From contig JAHHIM010000055.1 in NCBI GenBank assembly GCA_019358915.1, forward strand, positions 32,001 through 96,000: a stretch of DNA of 64,000 nucleotides. The letters run 5' to 3'. The position numbers and the translations under genes were made by a program. The stretch comes from Trichormus sp. ATA11-4-KO1 (GTDB taxonomy: Bacteria > Cyanobacteriota > Cyanobacteriia > Cyanobacteriales > Nostocaceae). The notes under the pieces were generated by a model that was not told the origin of the DNA, ran no database searches, and saw nothing but the letters and a program-made list of their open reading frames with translations. Of the stretch, positions 1 to 10,943 are shown piece after piece. The first letter of the stretch is position 1; every line of letters begins with the position of its first letter.

Positions 1-746
1 AATTCTGGTTTTAACTCTAGCCTTCCTCCTTCCAATTTAGAAAAGTCGAGAACTTCATTTAATAGCATGAGCAAATGCTTACCATTATTCAAAATTCGCT
101 CCACCATGTCTGTTTGCTGGTGGGTAAGTTGACCGAACTTAGGGCGCAATAATATTTGAGAAAAACCAATGATGGCATTCATGGGAGTTCGCAGTTCATG
201 AGACATAGTTGCCAAAAACTGGGACTTGAGCCGTGATGCTTCTAATAGTTTGAAATTTTGCAACTGAATTTGTTGTCTTTGACTCTCCAATTCTTGATTC
301 TTGCGAATTAGCTGCTCATTAGTTTCTCTCAACTGCTGATTTACCAAAGCTGTCTGCATTTCAGCGCGGTGTACCCGAATTGCATGGCGCAAAACCTGTG
401 CTAGAGTTTCTGAACATACTCTAGATTTAGAAAGATAGTCTGTAGCACCAGCTTTCATCAATTCGACAGCAATTTGTTCGTCTCCCTGAGATGTGAGAAC
501 TACTAAAGGAACTTTGATTTCCGAAGAGCGTAGTTTTTGGATTAGCGTCAAACCGTCCTGATCTGGTAAGCGATAATCGAGGAAAACACAGTCGTAGGGA
601 CTATTTCTCAAAGCAGAAAGTGCATCATGGCCATCACCTACCTCAGACAGTTCCATGCAAACACCTGCTTGCGTCAGAGCGCGACGCACTGCCATGCGAT
701 CTGCTTCTTCATCATCTACAACCAAAATTCTCAGCGTCTCTTCCAT
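1..746 (-). CDS. Hybrid response regulator/histidine kinase (3' part runs off the window start)
   Basis: Manual translation from ATG at 746: MEETLRILVVDDEEADR...CVFLDYRLPD (receiver domain), then FLATMSHELRTPMNAIIGFS (H-box); not in the ORF track. Confidence 0.9.
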   Translation of the reverse strand, partial: MEETLRILVVDDEEADRMAVRRALTQAGVCMELSEVGDGHDALSALRNSPYDCVFLDYRLPDQDGLTLIQKLRSSEIKVPLVVLTSQGDEQIAVELMKAGATDYLSKSRVCSETLAQVLRHAIRVHRAEMQTALVNQQLRETNEQLIRKNQELESQRQQIQLQNFKLLEASRLKSQFLATMSHELRTPMNAIIGFSQILLRPKFGQLTHQQTDMVERILNNGKHLLMLLNEVLDFSKLEGGRLELKPE

Positions 747-913
747 TGGTTTTTACTTTCGCTGTCAAATACAGGTTGATGTATAGCATTTCTATTTTCA
801 AAGTATCCAACTAAATAATTTTGATTTTAGATGGGGTTTTGATGGATATTTACCCCTCACTTGATTGCGTCTTAATTTTCGTACTCAAATCTCCCCACAA
901 TTTGAGTTACTTA

Positions 914-1116
914 TAGGACTTACGCAAAATTTGCCAAAAAGCTTAATTTATCTAACCGCCAAGACGCCAAGAATTCATGGCATTGCTGAATCAGAATATG
1001 AAATGCTAAAATCACCCTGATTTTTCTTTGTACCTTTGCGCCTTTGCGCCTTTGCGCGAGATAAATTCATATTTTCGATCAGCAACGCCGAATTCATAGA
1101 GTGTGCGTAAGTCCTA
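914..1116. mobile_element. MITE with 13-bp TIR TAGGACTTACGCA, carrying a nested element
   Basis: TAGGACTTACGCA at 914 and TGCGTAAGTCCTA ending at 1116; flanking 5-bp direct repeat ACTTA (909-913, 1117-1121). Confidence 0.8.
979..1089. mobile_element. 111-bp MITE nested in the element above
   Basis: Imperfect 24-bp TIRs GGCATTGCTGAATCAGAATATGAA / TTCATATTTTCGATCAGCAACGCC; 8-bp duplication GAATTCAT (971-978, 1090-1097). Confidence 0.8.
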
Positions 1117-1499
1117 ACTTAAATCAGATAGTATGTTGATCCTTTTCTTGGCATTTTCTGGAATTGAATTCACCTATTTGATTTTCAACTGGTTAATTAA
1201 ACAGTGTATGAGAATTAAAATTGAGAAATGTAGCTCAATGGGTAATAACCAATGGCTTTCACACAATTAATTAGCAACCTCACAATAACTGGTTACTCCA
1301 GTAGAAGAAACCAACATAAAGTAAAATAAAATACTTTATCGAGCCTCACAACAATTGTAAATGAGCGAGTTAACGCCCGTCCTCAGTCATTAGTGAGAGT
1401 TGCGTAGCAAAAACATGTACCATAAGCCTGAGCAGTTATACTCATTCAGTTGCTGAGGTGAAATAAAATGGAAAGCGCCGTCAACAGCAGCAATAGAAT

Positions 1500-1691
1500 T
1501 CAAAAGCATCGTACCTCCTTCTGCTTCACAGTCTTTTGGAAGATCGCTAGATCGATGCCAGTATTTTCTTTGCGATCGCTGTTTTCTAGCGTTGGTAAAA
1601 TCACAAAACTTTTCCAGGTTTGGTTAAAGTTAACATGTAAGCATCGATCACTTTCTTCTATGGGAGCTTCAACTGGTTCTGATTTGTTCAT
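1500..1691 (-). CDS. Possible small hypothetical protein (63 aa)
   Basis: ATG-started part (MNKSE...) of ORF 1500..1784; no recognisable motif. Confidence 0.25.
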   Translation of the reverse strand: MNKSEPVEAPIEESDRCLHVNFNQTWKSFVILPTLENSDRKENTGIDLAIFQKTVKQKEVRCF

Positions 1692-1990
1692 TTCTTTGAG
1701 CTTTTTTCCCAGCTTTAGAATAATATTAATTATTAAATGAGTTGTTACTCTTGAGGTCATGACAAAAGTTAGAGTTCGTCCCAATATTTCATATTTTCTT
1801 GTAAAATAGCCATATATCTTCAGCTAGATTTTTGTCTGTATTTAGAATGAAAAAAGCAGAAATTTATTATTTCTATCGGTGGATGCAGGTTTGCTAAAAC
1901 ATCATCTATCTTTGGTTTGGGAAAATTCAGATAAACTGCTTAAAAAAGGTCATAGTTTGCAAGATGCAATCAGCAAAAGCGGGTATAGCA

Positions 1991-2716
1991 ATGAGTGAAA
2001 TAAGCATTATTTTAATTGAGGATCATGACCTGACGAGAATGGGACTAAGAGCTGCATTGCAGTCTCACAGTGCATTGCGAGTAATTGGTGAAGCCGCAAA
2101 TGCTACCCAAGGACTAAAACTTTTGGAAACGGCCAAGCCGGATGTGGCAGTGGTAGATATTGGCTTACCTGACATGGATGGCATTGAACTCACCCGTAAG
2201 TTTAGACGCTTTCAAGCGGAAACTGGGCAAACAGCTACCAAGATTTTGATCCTGACAATGGATCACACAGAAGATGCCGTACTAGCAGCTTTTGCGGCGG
2301 GTGCAGACTCTTATTACATGAAAGAGACAAGCATTAATAAATTAACAGAGGCAATACAAGCGACTTATGGCGGTAACTCTTGGATTGATCCAGCGATCGC
2401 CAACGTGGTATTGCGGAAAATGCGGCAAGGTATTCCAGTAGGAGATAGCCAACCATCTGATAAGCCAAAAACAGTAAAAATCGAGGCATTGGCGACGGAA
2501 TACGAACAAGTTTTAGAAACCTACCCTCTGACACAACGCGAACTAGAAATCCTCGAGTTAATTGTCGCTGGATGTAGTAATGGGCAAATTGCTGAACAAC
2601 TCTACATCACAGTTGGGACAGTTAAGACTCACGTTCGTAACATTTTAAATAAACTCTGTGCTGATGACCGTACCCAAGCTGCTGTGCGCGCATTGCGTTC
2701 TGGTTTAGTAGGGTGA
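1991..2716 (+). CDS. NarL/LuxR-family response regulator
   Basis: Receiver motifs IEDH, VVDIGLP, YYMK; C-terminal LTQRELEILELI...GTVKTHVRNIL HTH; alternative start at 1964. Confidence 0.93.
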   Translation: MSEISIILIEDHDLTRMGLRAALQSHSALRVIGEAANATQGLKLLETAKPDVAVVDIGLPDMDGIELTRKFRRFQAETGQTATKILILTMDHTEDAVLAAFAAGADSYYMKETSINKLTEAIQATYGGNSWIDPAIANVVLRKMRQGIPVGDSQPSDKPKTVKIEALATEYEQVLETYPLTQRELEILELIVAGCSNGQIAEQLYITVGTVKTHVRNILNKLCADDRTQAAVRALRSGLVG

Positions 2717-2719
2717 GGG

Positions 2720-3017
2720 CGTGATAGGTGATAGGGGACAGGTGACAGGGGACAGGGGGACACGGGGACAAGAACAAAAATACTCCCCCATTCCCCAGGG
2801 CTGATTCGTTCCCTAAAAGGGTTAAAATTGCAAGGGCAAATCCACAATTAAGACCGAAAATTTTGGCATCTTCAGTCCGAAATACCTGATTTTTCTTTGC
2901 GTCTTTGCGCCTTTGCGTGAGATTATCCTCTTGACAAATCTCTAACACAAGCGAATGAAACAGCCCTGCCCCATTCCCCACTCCCAATGCCCAATGCCCA
3001 ATGCCCAATGCCCAATT
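2720..3017. repeat. STRR-type heptamer tandem repeats (GG[GT]GA[CT]A and CCCAATG) interrupted by the MITE
   Basis: Tandem 7-mers between convergent genes. Confidence 0.8.
2796..2968. mobile_element. 173-bp MITE, copy 1 (ISAs1-like CAGGG ends)
   Basis: TIRs CAGGGCTGATTCGTTC / GAATGAAACAGCCCTG; perfect 10-bp TSD CCCCATTCCC (2786-2795, 2969-2978); near-identical inverted copy at 39702-39874. Confidence 0.92.
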
Positions 3018-3021
3018 CCCT

Positions 3022-4370
3022 TTAACCTAATCTTTCCTGTAAACAATTAGCAATCCGTCGTGCTGCACCTGGTTTACCCATGCGCCGCAGTCCGTTTTCG
3101 GAAATTATTTGCAAAGTATCAGGATTTTTGAACAGCGATCGCATGACTTGGGCAACTTTTGCTGGTTGGTCTACTAAAATCAAAGATGCTCCTAACAGAC
3201 GGCTTTGAGCTTCGGCAAAGGCTGGGGTATATTGGGGGCCATTACCAGGAATAGCGATCGCAGGTTTCCCTAAACCAACAAATTGTTCTGTTGCTGTACC
3301 TGCCATGGCGATCGCTACATCTCCCCAATGTAAACAATCGTTGTAAGCTTGTTGTGTGAGCAACAAATAAGCGTTTCTTTGATTAAAGATTAAGGCATTA
3401 GTATCAGCAAGTGGAATAGGACTTTCCGAGTGGGGTTGCCAACCTTGAGATTGAAGAGTTTGACATAAAATATTATTGTCTAGATTAGGTGCGATCGCCC
3501 CCAAAAATACCACGCTTCCAGAAGTGTGTAAAATAGAATCCCGTTCCTGGAAACTAGCCAGTAATGCAGATACAGCCGTCATAATTACTTCCCAGTTCTT
3601 ATATGCTTCCGGGGGACGAGAACCAGGTAATAAAGTCACAACTAATGGTCTAGCTATTTCTTGCTGTTGGGCATCAGCACTGTAAAATTTTGGGGATGAA
3701 AACGTAGGTTCTAAATCATCCATCATTGGATTGCCTAAATCAAAAGCCGGAATTGACCACTGTTGTAATATTTGCGTAGTCAACGCATCTCTAGGGAACA
3801 CAGCCTGACAACGGCGACGACTCATCAACCAACGTTCCCAAGGATGATAAATCGAACCAGAAAAATTTTCCCAACGTGTAGCTTTTGATTTCCTGGGTAA
3901 TAATCCTACTTCATCTCGGACATAGTATTCTGATTTTGCCGTACCCACAAAAGCATAATTAGCACCACTGAAAGTGGCAAATAATAAAGGTACAATATCT
4001 CCTACAGCTAAAATAGCTACCTTGTTGCCTAATTTTTTGTGATAACGCACCCAACGACGCATAGCTTTAATTTGCTGGAGAGTTAGTTGCACTAAACCGC
4101 CACGCACATCTCGTACTAGTTGGCGACTATCCATATACACAAAACCACCAGAAGGCATAGTGCGGACTGAACCGATAAGCGGGATATTTAACTTTTGGTA
4201 AGTGTGTCCTTCACCCACCAAAGGTAAAGCAAAGATATCTGGGGGGTTTGCTTGTTGCTGGAGTTCCTGCAAAATGGTAACAGCGATCGCATCTTCACCA
4301 TGACCATTACTTAAAACTAGTAGTTGCAAACCAGAGGTCGCATCTGACGATAATTGGGATACATTACTCA
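3022..4370 (-). CDS. Lipid-A-disaccharide synthase-related protein (GT-B fold)
   Basis: LSNGHGED, LLPGSRPPEA and AMAGTATEQ motifs; ATG at 4370 preferred over the track start at 4410. Confidence 0.85.
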
Positions 4371-4511
4371 TAAGAAACAAAATATGAAAATTAACTGTCT
4401 TTTTGGGCAAGAGGTATCAATGAGGATATCAATCAACCAAGGTGGAAGTTAGTATTATCCTCATGAATTCAACTCACTACAACTAACTACCAGTTAATTA
4501 AACTAAATATT

Positions 4512-6554
4512 ATGCGAATTTCTTCTGCTGCAATTTTTACTTTAGCTACTTTGGCAGCTAGCAATATTACACAACAAGCAACGGCTACAACTATTACAGC
4601 CGCTTCTGTGGATGAATCTGCTGAAAACTCAGTAGTGCCAGTCATGGAAGAAACACCTGCGCGAGTAGAGGCTATTTCATCCCCTGAAACTGTGGCTACA
4701 GAAAAATTTTCCCCAAATTCTGTAGTTGTGCCAGCAAGTGTAAATCAAAATTCCCCAGTTGCCCTCACACCAGCAACCAAAGAAAATCTCCTCATCGCCT
4801 CCTCTGCTACTGACAATAATTTAGTAGTCACCGCTACAAATATCCAAGTAGTCGGAGCAACTCAGGAATTGCAGCAGATTGTTCGCCAAGTGATTAAAAC
4901 CCAAGCGGGTGGCGAAACCAGCCAAAATCAGCTAAAAAGTGATGTGGCAGCGATTTTAGAGACTGGTTTATTTGCCAGTGCCAACGTCAATAGCAGCAGC
5001 ACACCAGCCGGATTAAATGTAGTGTATCAGGTGCAACCAGTGGTAGTGCGATCGCTACAACTTTCAGGAGCCAAAGCACTCACCTACCAAGTGGCACAGG
5101 AACGTTTTCAATCCCAAATCGGCAAACCCATCAGTCCAGAAGGACTCAAACAAGCCGTACAACAAGTTGATAAATGGTATACCGATAATGGTTATCAACT
5201 AGCCAACGTGTTATCGATTAAACCGAACCGCGAAGGCATTCTCACTGTAAATGTAGCTGAAGGTTTGGTGGGTGACATCAAATTTCGCTTTATTAACGAT
5301 GAAGGTAAAACCACTGATAGCAAGGGTGAACCAGTAGGGGGACGTACCCAACCAGATTTTCTGCGGCAGCAATTAACACTAAAACCAGGGCAAATCTTTC
5401 AAGAAAATACTGTCAGGCAAGATGTCCAACAGTTGTATCGCACTGGCTTATTTGAAACCGTAAATGTTGCCCTCGCAGGAGATGCCACAAAAGTTGATTT
5501 AATTTACGAACTCAAAGAATTTGGGGCCCGGGCGATTAACTTAGGTGGTAGTTTTAACGCTGATTTAGGGCTATTAGGGACATTAAGCTATCGAGATCAG
5601 AATATCGGTGGTGTTAACGATAACTTGGCTGTTAATGTGGGCGTTAGCCGCAGCGATTTGCAGTTTGATACTAAATTTACCAGCCCCTATCGCTCAACTG
5701 AACCCGATCGCCTAGGCTACACTATCAATGCCTTCCGTCGCCGGGAAATTTCCGCAACGTTTGATGACAGCATCAAATTGGCTAATGGCGATAAAGTGCG
5801 GGAAGGTCAAATCGGTGCTGGTATTAGCCTCCAGCAACCGCTTGACGACTGGAATACATCTTTAGGATTCAACTATACTCGCACCAGTATTCGCGATCGC
5901 CAAGGTAATATTACCCCAACAGACGAACAAGGCAATCGCCTCTCTGCCAGTGGTACAGGTATCGATGACCTAACTACTGTATCCTTCACCGCCTCCCAAG
6001 ACAAACGCAATAACCTCATCAATCCCACTCAAGGTTCGTTACTGAGTTTGAGTACAGAACAATCCGTACCTGTTGGTCAAGGGAATATTTCCATGAATCG
6101 CCTCACAGCAAATTACAGTCAATATGTGCCAGTGAAGTTATTCAACACTAATAATCAACAGCCACAAGTCTTCGCGGTCAATTTCCAAGCTGGCACAGTG
6201 ATTGGCGATTTACCACCTTATGAAAGTTTTAACTTGGGTGGTTCCAATTCAGTGCGGGGTTACGATGCTGGAGAGGTTGGCAGTGGCCGCACTTATTTAT
6301 TAGCTTCCGCAGAATACCGCTTTCCCATCATGCCAGTGTTGGGAGGTGTGTTATTTGCCGATTTTGCTTCAGACTTAGGCTCCGGTGATACTGTATTAGG
6401 AGATCCGGCTGGCGTGCGGGATAAACCAGGTTATGGTTTTGGTTATGGGGCAGGAGTACGTGTAAACTCACCTCTAGGCTTAATCCGGGCTGATTATGGC
6501 ATTAATGACCAGGGAGAAAGCAAAGTACATTTAGGTATAGGTCAAAGGTTTTAA
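4512..6554 (+). CDS. Omp85/BamA-TamA family outer membrane protein
   Basis: Signal peptide, POTRA-like region, LGGSNSVRGY motif, SPLGLIRADYG, C-terminal GQRF. Confidence 0.93.
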   Translation: MRISSAAIFTLATLAASNITQQATATTITAASVDESAENSVVPVMEETPARVEAISSPETVATEKFSPNSVVVPASVNQNSPVALTPATKENLLIASSATDNNLVVTATNIQVVGATQELQQIVRQVIKTQAGGETSQNQLKSDVAAILETGLFASANVNSSSTPAGLNVVYQVQPVVVRSLQLSGAKALTYQVAQERFQSQIGKPISPEGLKQAVQQVDKWYTDNGYQLANVLSIKPNREGILTVNVAEGLVGDIKFRFINDEGKTTDSKGEPVGGRTQPDFLRQQLTLKPGQIFQENTVRQDVQQLYRTGLFETVNVALAGDATKVDLIYELKEFGARAINLGGSFNADLGLLGTLSYRDQNIGGVNDNLAVNVGVSRSDLQFDTKFTSPYRSTEPDRLGYTINAFRRREISATFDDSIKLANGDKVREGQIGAGISLQQPLDDWNTSLGFNYTRTSIRDRQGNITPTDEQGNRLSASGTGIDDLTTVSFTASQDKRNNLINPTQGSLLSLSTEQSVPVGQGNISMNRLTANYSQYVPVKLFNTNNQQPQVFAVNFQAGTVIGDLPPYESFNLGGSNSVRGYDAGEVGSGRTYLLASAEYRFPIMPVLGGVLFADFASDLGSGDTVLGDPAGVRDKPGYGFGYGAGVRVNSPLGLIRADYGINDQGESKVHLGIGQRF

Positions 6555-6861
6555 TCAGTCGCGGTAGGGGCGAAGTGCGATTTTCCCCTACTGTATGATG
6601 AATAAGACAAAGCTGTTACGATAATCGTGAGTTTTTTTCACTTCGGGATTCTCAAACATAAATCAATTCTGTATGTAGCGATTCCCAGTTGAGTGAGGTA
6701 CAGACCATTGTCGGGGCAATTCCTGAATTGCTTCTGACTAAGTAACTCAGCAGATGAGGAAATGCTATGAAGATATGGCAAAAATTTGTGGTTTAGAATT
6801 GCCTGAAGACTCAACAAACAGTAACATCTGCTTACTCAGCACTCAGCACTCAGCACTTCTT

Positions 6862-8400
6862 ATGTTAGCAGGCACAATTTTGCAGGGTGGCAAATATACC
6901 CTGATCCAAGAAATAGGGCGCGGTGGCTTTGGCATTACGTTTAAGGCTACCCATCACTACTTAGGTCAGGAAGTAGTGATGAAAACCATTAATGAACGAC
7001 TGCGACAACATCCTGATTTTGCTAAGTTCGAGCGCCAATTCCAAGATGAAGCCAGAAGATTAGCTACGTGTATTCATCCCAATATTGTCTGGGTCAGTGA
7101 CTTTTTTGTCGAAGATGGCCTACCTTACATGGTGATGGAATACATTCCTGGGGAAACCTTGGGAAATGCATTTGTACTGCCAGCAATACCCTTACCAGAA
7201 GCCATAGCAATTCATTACATCCGTCAAATTGGGGCAGCATTACAGGTAATACACAACAATGGTTTACTGCACCGGGATGTCAAACCAGATAATATTATCC
7301 TCCGTCATGGAACTCAAGAGGTAGTACTCATTGATTTTGGCATTGCCCGCGAATTTAATAATGGTGTCAGGCAAACTCAGACAGGAATGGTTTCTGAGGG
7401 CTATTCTCCCATTGAACAATACTTAACCCAAGCACCGCGCACACCCGCTACAGATGTTTATGGTTTAGCCGCAACTTTGTATGCTTTATTAACAGCACAA
7501 GTTCCCTTACCTGCATTATTGCGCGATCGCGAAAAAATGCCTTCTCCCCGCGAACTGCAACCCCATCTGAGTGCAGCAGTCAATCAAGCAGTAATGCGTG
7601 GTATGGCTGTAGAATCCCGTTTTCGTCCGGCGACAGTCGCCGAGTGGTTACAACTACTGCCGGGAAATGTGATAAATACACCTCAAGTAATTCCCACGCA
7701 AGCAATACCGACAATTAATTTATCTCTGAAGCAGCAACGAGAAAAATTTCCGCAAGAAACCATCCTCAGTCGGATTAAGCAGCCATCAAAGTCTCACAAA
7801 CACAGGGCTGCTCAAGTATATATAGGAATAGGTGTAGCCGTTGTTGCTGCTACAGCAGGTTTTGGTGTAACTAGCCTATTTTCTTCTTCTGAACCACAGT
7901 CATCCTCACCACCGCTATTTGAAAGGCGGATAGTAGAGCCGACTAATCAAAAACCTACCTTTGATTCTCCTTCTTCCTCTCAGGAAGAGGAGAATAGTAC
8001 CACACAAAATTCTCGAACTTCTTCCCCAAGTAATTCTGCACCAGTCTCAACTCCCAGGCGACGCCAGCGCAACCTTCCTGTTGCTCAAGATGAATCTCCA
8101 AAGACCACTAGTAGCAGTAGTTCAGAAAAATCAACGCCAACCAACCCTGATCAATCTTCAGTCAAACCTAGCATCGCTCCCACACCGTCGTTAGTAGAGA
8201 GGCTAAGGGCTATCCGTTCATCTCGTGATGCTTCACTAGAAAATACTGTACCTGCTTCAAGAAAAGATTCTATCTCACCCCCATCGGTAAGACCATCAAA
8301 TCCTGTAATTATACCAACAGCGCCACCACCTGTGGAATCAAAACGCTCAGATCCTCCGCCAGTGATTGTCCCAACTTTGGAGATGAAGCCAAATAATTAA
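6862..8400 (+). CDS. Ser/Thr protein kinase with TM helix and low-complexity S/P tail
   Basis: [34 protein letters not shown] at 6862 follows ACTCAGC repeats. Confidence 0.93.
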   Translation: MLAGTILQGGKYTLIQEIGRGGFGITFKATHHYLGQEVVMKTINERLRQHPDFAKFERQFQDEARRLATCIHPNIVWVSDFFVEDGLPYMVMEYIPGETLGNAFVLPAIPLPEAIAIHYIRQIGAALQVIHNNGLLHRDVKPDNIILRHGTQEVVLIDFGIAREFNNGVRQTQTGMVSEGYSPIEQYLTQAPRTPATDVYGLAATLYALLTAQVPLPALLRDREKMPSPRELQPHLSAAVNQAVMRGMAVESRFRPATVAEWLQLLPGNVINTPQVIPTQAIPTINLSLKQQREKFPQETILSRIKQPSKSHKHRAAQVYIGIGVAVVAATAGFGVTSLFSSSEPQSSSPPLFERRIVEPTNQKPTFDSPSSSQEEENSTTQNSRTSSPSNSAPVSTPRRRQRNLPVAQDESPKTTSSSSSEKSTPTNPDQSSVKPSIAPTPSLVERLRAIRSSRDASLENTVPASRKDSISPPSVRPSNPVIIPTAPPPVESKRSDPPPVIVPTLEMKPNN

Positions 8401-8463
8401 CCTAAATATTGCCGCTCAGGCTACGCGATTAATCAGCTAAAACCTATTCTTAGTTTTTGTATT

Positions 8464-8609
8464 CAAGGTGGGTAAAAATTACCTAAAATTTTGTCCAATT
8501 TTAGGCTTTCCACCTTTGTGACTTTGAGCCTTTGTGGTTCAAAAGTTATTTTTTTACCACTAAGACACTAAGACACCAAGAAGAATACATTACACCTTGA
8601 AAGGGCTAG
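8464..8609. mobile_element. Degenerate MITE-like dispersed repeat
   Basis: CAAGGTG...CACCTTGAAAGGGCTAG ends; 8464-8521 matches 30718-30775 in reverse orientation. Confidence 0.55.
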
Positions 8610-8682
8610 TCCTAATTTATACTCGTCTTTAGTTCCTAGCTTCTTTTCCATTGGTGCTGGTGTACACAGTTCATGATGGCTA

Positions 8683-8865
8683 CTAGGGAGCTTTTTTATC
8701 CTTGTCTAATGCTTCCTGGATAGCACGTCTACAGAACTCTGGAGGGTCATCTTTTGACTTTACTTCTTCCTTCATTTCCTTTGTGACACGGAAACTTAAT
8801 TGGTCTGATAGTTCTTTGCTCGGTTGATTTCCAAAATTTTCAGGCTTACCCTTGCGGTTAGACAT
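8683..8865 (-). CDS. Small putative ribbon-helix-helix DNA-binding protein
   Basis: QLSFRVTKEMKEEV...PEFCRRAIQEAL fits a strand-helix-helix pattern. Confidence 0.6.
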   Translation of the reverse strand: MSNRKGKPENFGNQPSKELSDQLSFRVTKEMKEEVKSKDDPPEFCRRAIQEALDKDKKAP

Positions 8866-8995
8866 TTGTGTAGAAACATGAATATAGCTTGAAGCCGATG
8901 AAACCATCGGCTTATAGTCTTAAATCGGTGGTGTTCTTTGTCTAGGAAACTGGTACACCACCGATACCACTTTGAGAAAGAGGCATTACTATTCT

Positions 8996-9373
8996 ATGTT
9001 CACTCGTACTGAGTTAGAACTGTTGACCGTTCCGCAGTTAAAAATTCTCTGCAATCGCTACGGTTTACGAGCCACTGGGAACCCAGGATATAAAACCAGT
9101 TACATCACTACCCTCATGGCATTCCCCGTATTGGCAGTACATCAGGTAGAGAAGGGTGAAGGGTTGAAGTCACCCTTATTCGGTAGTCTCCAGGAAATAA
9201 ATACTGCATTAGATGAGATGGGTAATCCCACACCTGAGCAATCGGCGCTGCTAAGAATTTCTTTTGAAGGTAGGAGGATGAGTATTCCGGATAGGTATAA
9301 CCAAGAGAAACTGATAGCTATTTACAAGGCTAAAAACCACTTAGAAGAAGTAATTAGCTTACTGGCAATGTAG
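8996..9373 (+). CDS. Hypothetical protein with N-terminal SAP/Rho-N-like helix pair
   Basis: LELLTVPQLKILCNRYGLRATG..K..YI pattern. Confidence 0.6.
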   Translation: MFTRTELELLTVPQLKILCNRYGLRATGNPGYKTSYITTLMAFPVLAVHQVEKGEGLKSPLFGSLQEINTALDEMGNPTPEQSALLRISFEGRRMSIPDRYNQEKLIAIYKAKNHLEEVISLLAM

Positions 9374-9379
9374 AGTTAA

Positions 9380-9426
9380 TTAGTTAGGACTTTAGTCCCG
9401 TCTGTAGGGACTAAAGTCTCTACTAC
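9380..9426. repeat. Degenerate REP doublet (same family as the RAYT-flanking REPs)
   Basis: TAGTTAGGACTTTAGTCC...GGGACTAAAGTCTCTACTAC. Confidence 0.75.
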
Positions 9427-9437
9427 AAACTGGTAAA

Positions 9438-9522
9438 CGGAGAGGGGGGGATTCGAACCCCCGTTGAGTTGCCCCAAAACGCATTTCGAGTGCGTCGCAT
9501 TCAACCACTCTGCCACCTCTCC
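9438..9522 (-). tRNA. tRNA-Ser(CGA)
   Basis: GGAGAGGTGGCAGAGTGG...ACGCA-CT-CGA-AA-TGCGT, long variable arm, GTTCGAATC T-loop. Confidence 0.97.
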
Positions 9523-9634
9523 AGTTATTTATTCACGCTTGTGAATTTAGGGAAATGTTATTGCATATCCTCTGTCATCATAGCATCCCGATATGTGAAG
9601 GTTTTACCTGAAGTTGATAGAAATGCGATCGCTT

Positions 9635-10744
9635 CTAAGTCAAAACCAAGTTATCTCTGTGAATTACGGTATCTGCACCGACATAACCCAAAATTGTCGC
9701 TATTTCCCGCGAATGACAACCACGAATTTTTTGCAGTTCATCGCTGTTGTAGTTAACCAGTCCTCTGCCAATTTCGTTACCACTGGTGTCACACAATTGC
9801 ACTGCGTCTTGAGTGTCAAATTCCCCTTCTACTACCTTAATGCCAGCTGCCAATAACGATTTTCCTGCCTGGGCGATCGCCGCGATCGCTCCGGGATCTA
9901 AATATAATTTCCCCGCAGGCACTAAACCGTAGGCTATCCAACGTTTACGAGCAGAAGTTGGTTCAGGCTGTGGTTGAAAGTGAGTACCCAGGGGTTCCCC
10001 TTGTAAAATTTTTTCGATATTCTGAGGAAAACGCCCTTCAGTAATTACAGTCCGCACTCCGGCCGCAATGGCAATTCTCGCAGCCGAAATTTTGGTTACC
10101 ATGCCACCAGTACCCCATTGAGAGCCTTGAGAGCCTGTTTGCACCTGCAATTGTGTTAATTCTTTGATGTTACTCACCAAAGATATGGGACGAGCATCAG
10201 GTACAGAACGCGGATCAGCTGAGTACAGCCGATCTACATCGGTGAGCAAAAATAGCCAATCTGCTTCTACTAAGCTGGCAACTAATGCTGAAAGGGTGTC
10301 ATTATCGCCAAATTTCAGTTCGTCCACTGCTACCGTATCATTCTCATTCACCACCGGAATCACTCCCAGTCCCAGCAGTTCTCGAAAAGTGTTGTAGGCG
10401 TTGAGATAGCGGCTGCGCTGTACCAAGTCGCTGCGAGTCAGTAACACTTGGGCTATGGGCTGTTGCAAGGTAGTAAATAAATCATCATACACCCGCATTA
10501 ACCGTCCTTGTCCGACTGCTGCCACTGCCTGTTTGAGGGCGATCGCCTTGGGACGTTCGGTTAAGCCCAACCGCGCACAACCCACTCCCACAGCACCAGA
10601 GGAAACCAAAATCACTCGATGGCCTTGCCGCCTTAAGTAGGAGAGTGTTTCCGCCAAGGTGGCAATGGTGGAAAGTGCTAGTTGTCCGGTTTCTGGTTTT
10701 GTGAGGCTAGATGTGCCAATTTTGACAACGATCGTTTTGGTCAT
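9635..10744 (-). CDS. proB: Glutamate 5-kinase with PUA domain
   Basis: [41 protein letters not shown]. Confidence 0.97.
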   Translation of the reverse strand: MTKTIVVKIGTSSLTKPETGQLALSTIATLAETLSYLRRQGHRVILVSSGAVGVGCARLGLTERPKAIALKQAVAAVGQGRLMRVYDDLFTTLQQPIAQVLLTRSDLVQRSRYLNAYNTFRELLGLGVIPVVNENDTVAVDELKFGDNDTLSALVASLVEADWLFLLTDVDRLYSADPRSVPDARPISLVSNIKELTQLQVQTGSQGSQWGTGGMVTKISAARIAIAAGVRTVITEGRFPQNIEKILQGEPLGTHFQPQPEPTSARKRWIAYGLVPAGKLYLDPGAIAAIAQAGKSLLAAGIKVVEGEFDTQDAVQLCDTSGNEIGRGLVNYNSDELQKIRGCHSREIATILGYVGADTVIHRDNLVLT

Positions 10745-10943
10745 TGGTCATTTTCAGTAAAAAATTGTAAAGCGCCAGTCACTCTATATATGAGTTCTGA
10801 CGCTTTACGGGTTTATATGTATTTGTTATACGCTAAGGTCTTTATTTGGCTGACCCCATGTTATTAATACTTATGATCCCCGATTTTTGTATCCTGGGGC
10901 AATTCCTTAATTATTTCTTTAGATTTACTTTCCTGACGATTTG

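Noticed and set aside
2622..3008. 128-aa ORF nearly identical in part to ORF 39653..39973
   Set aside because: Both are read-throughs of the 173-bp MITE and STRR repeats, not a duplicated gene
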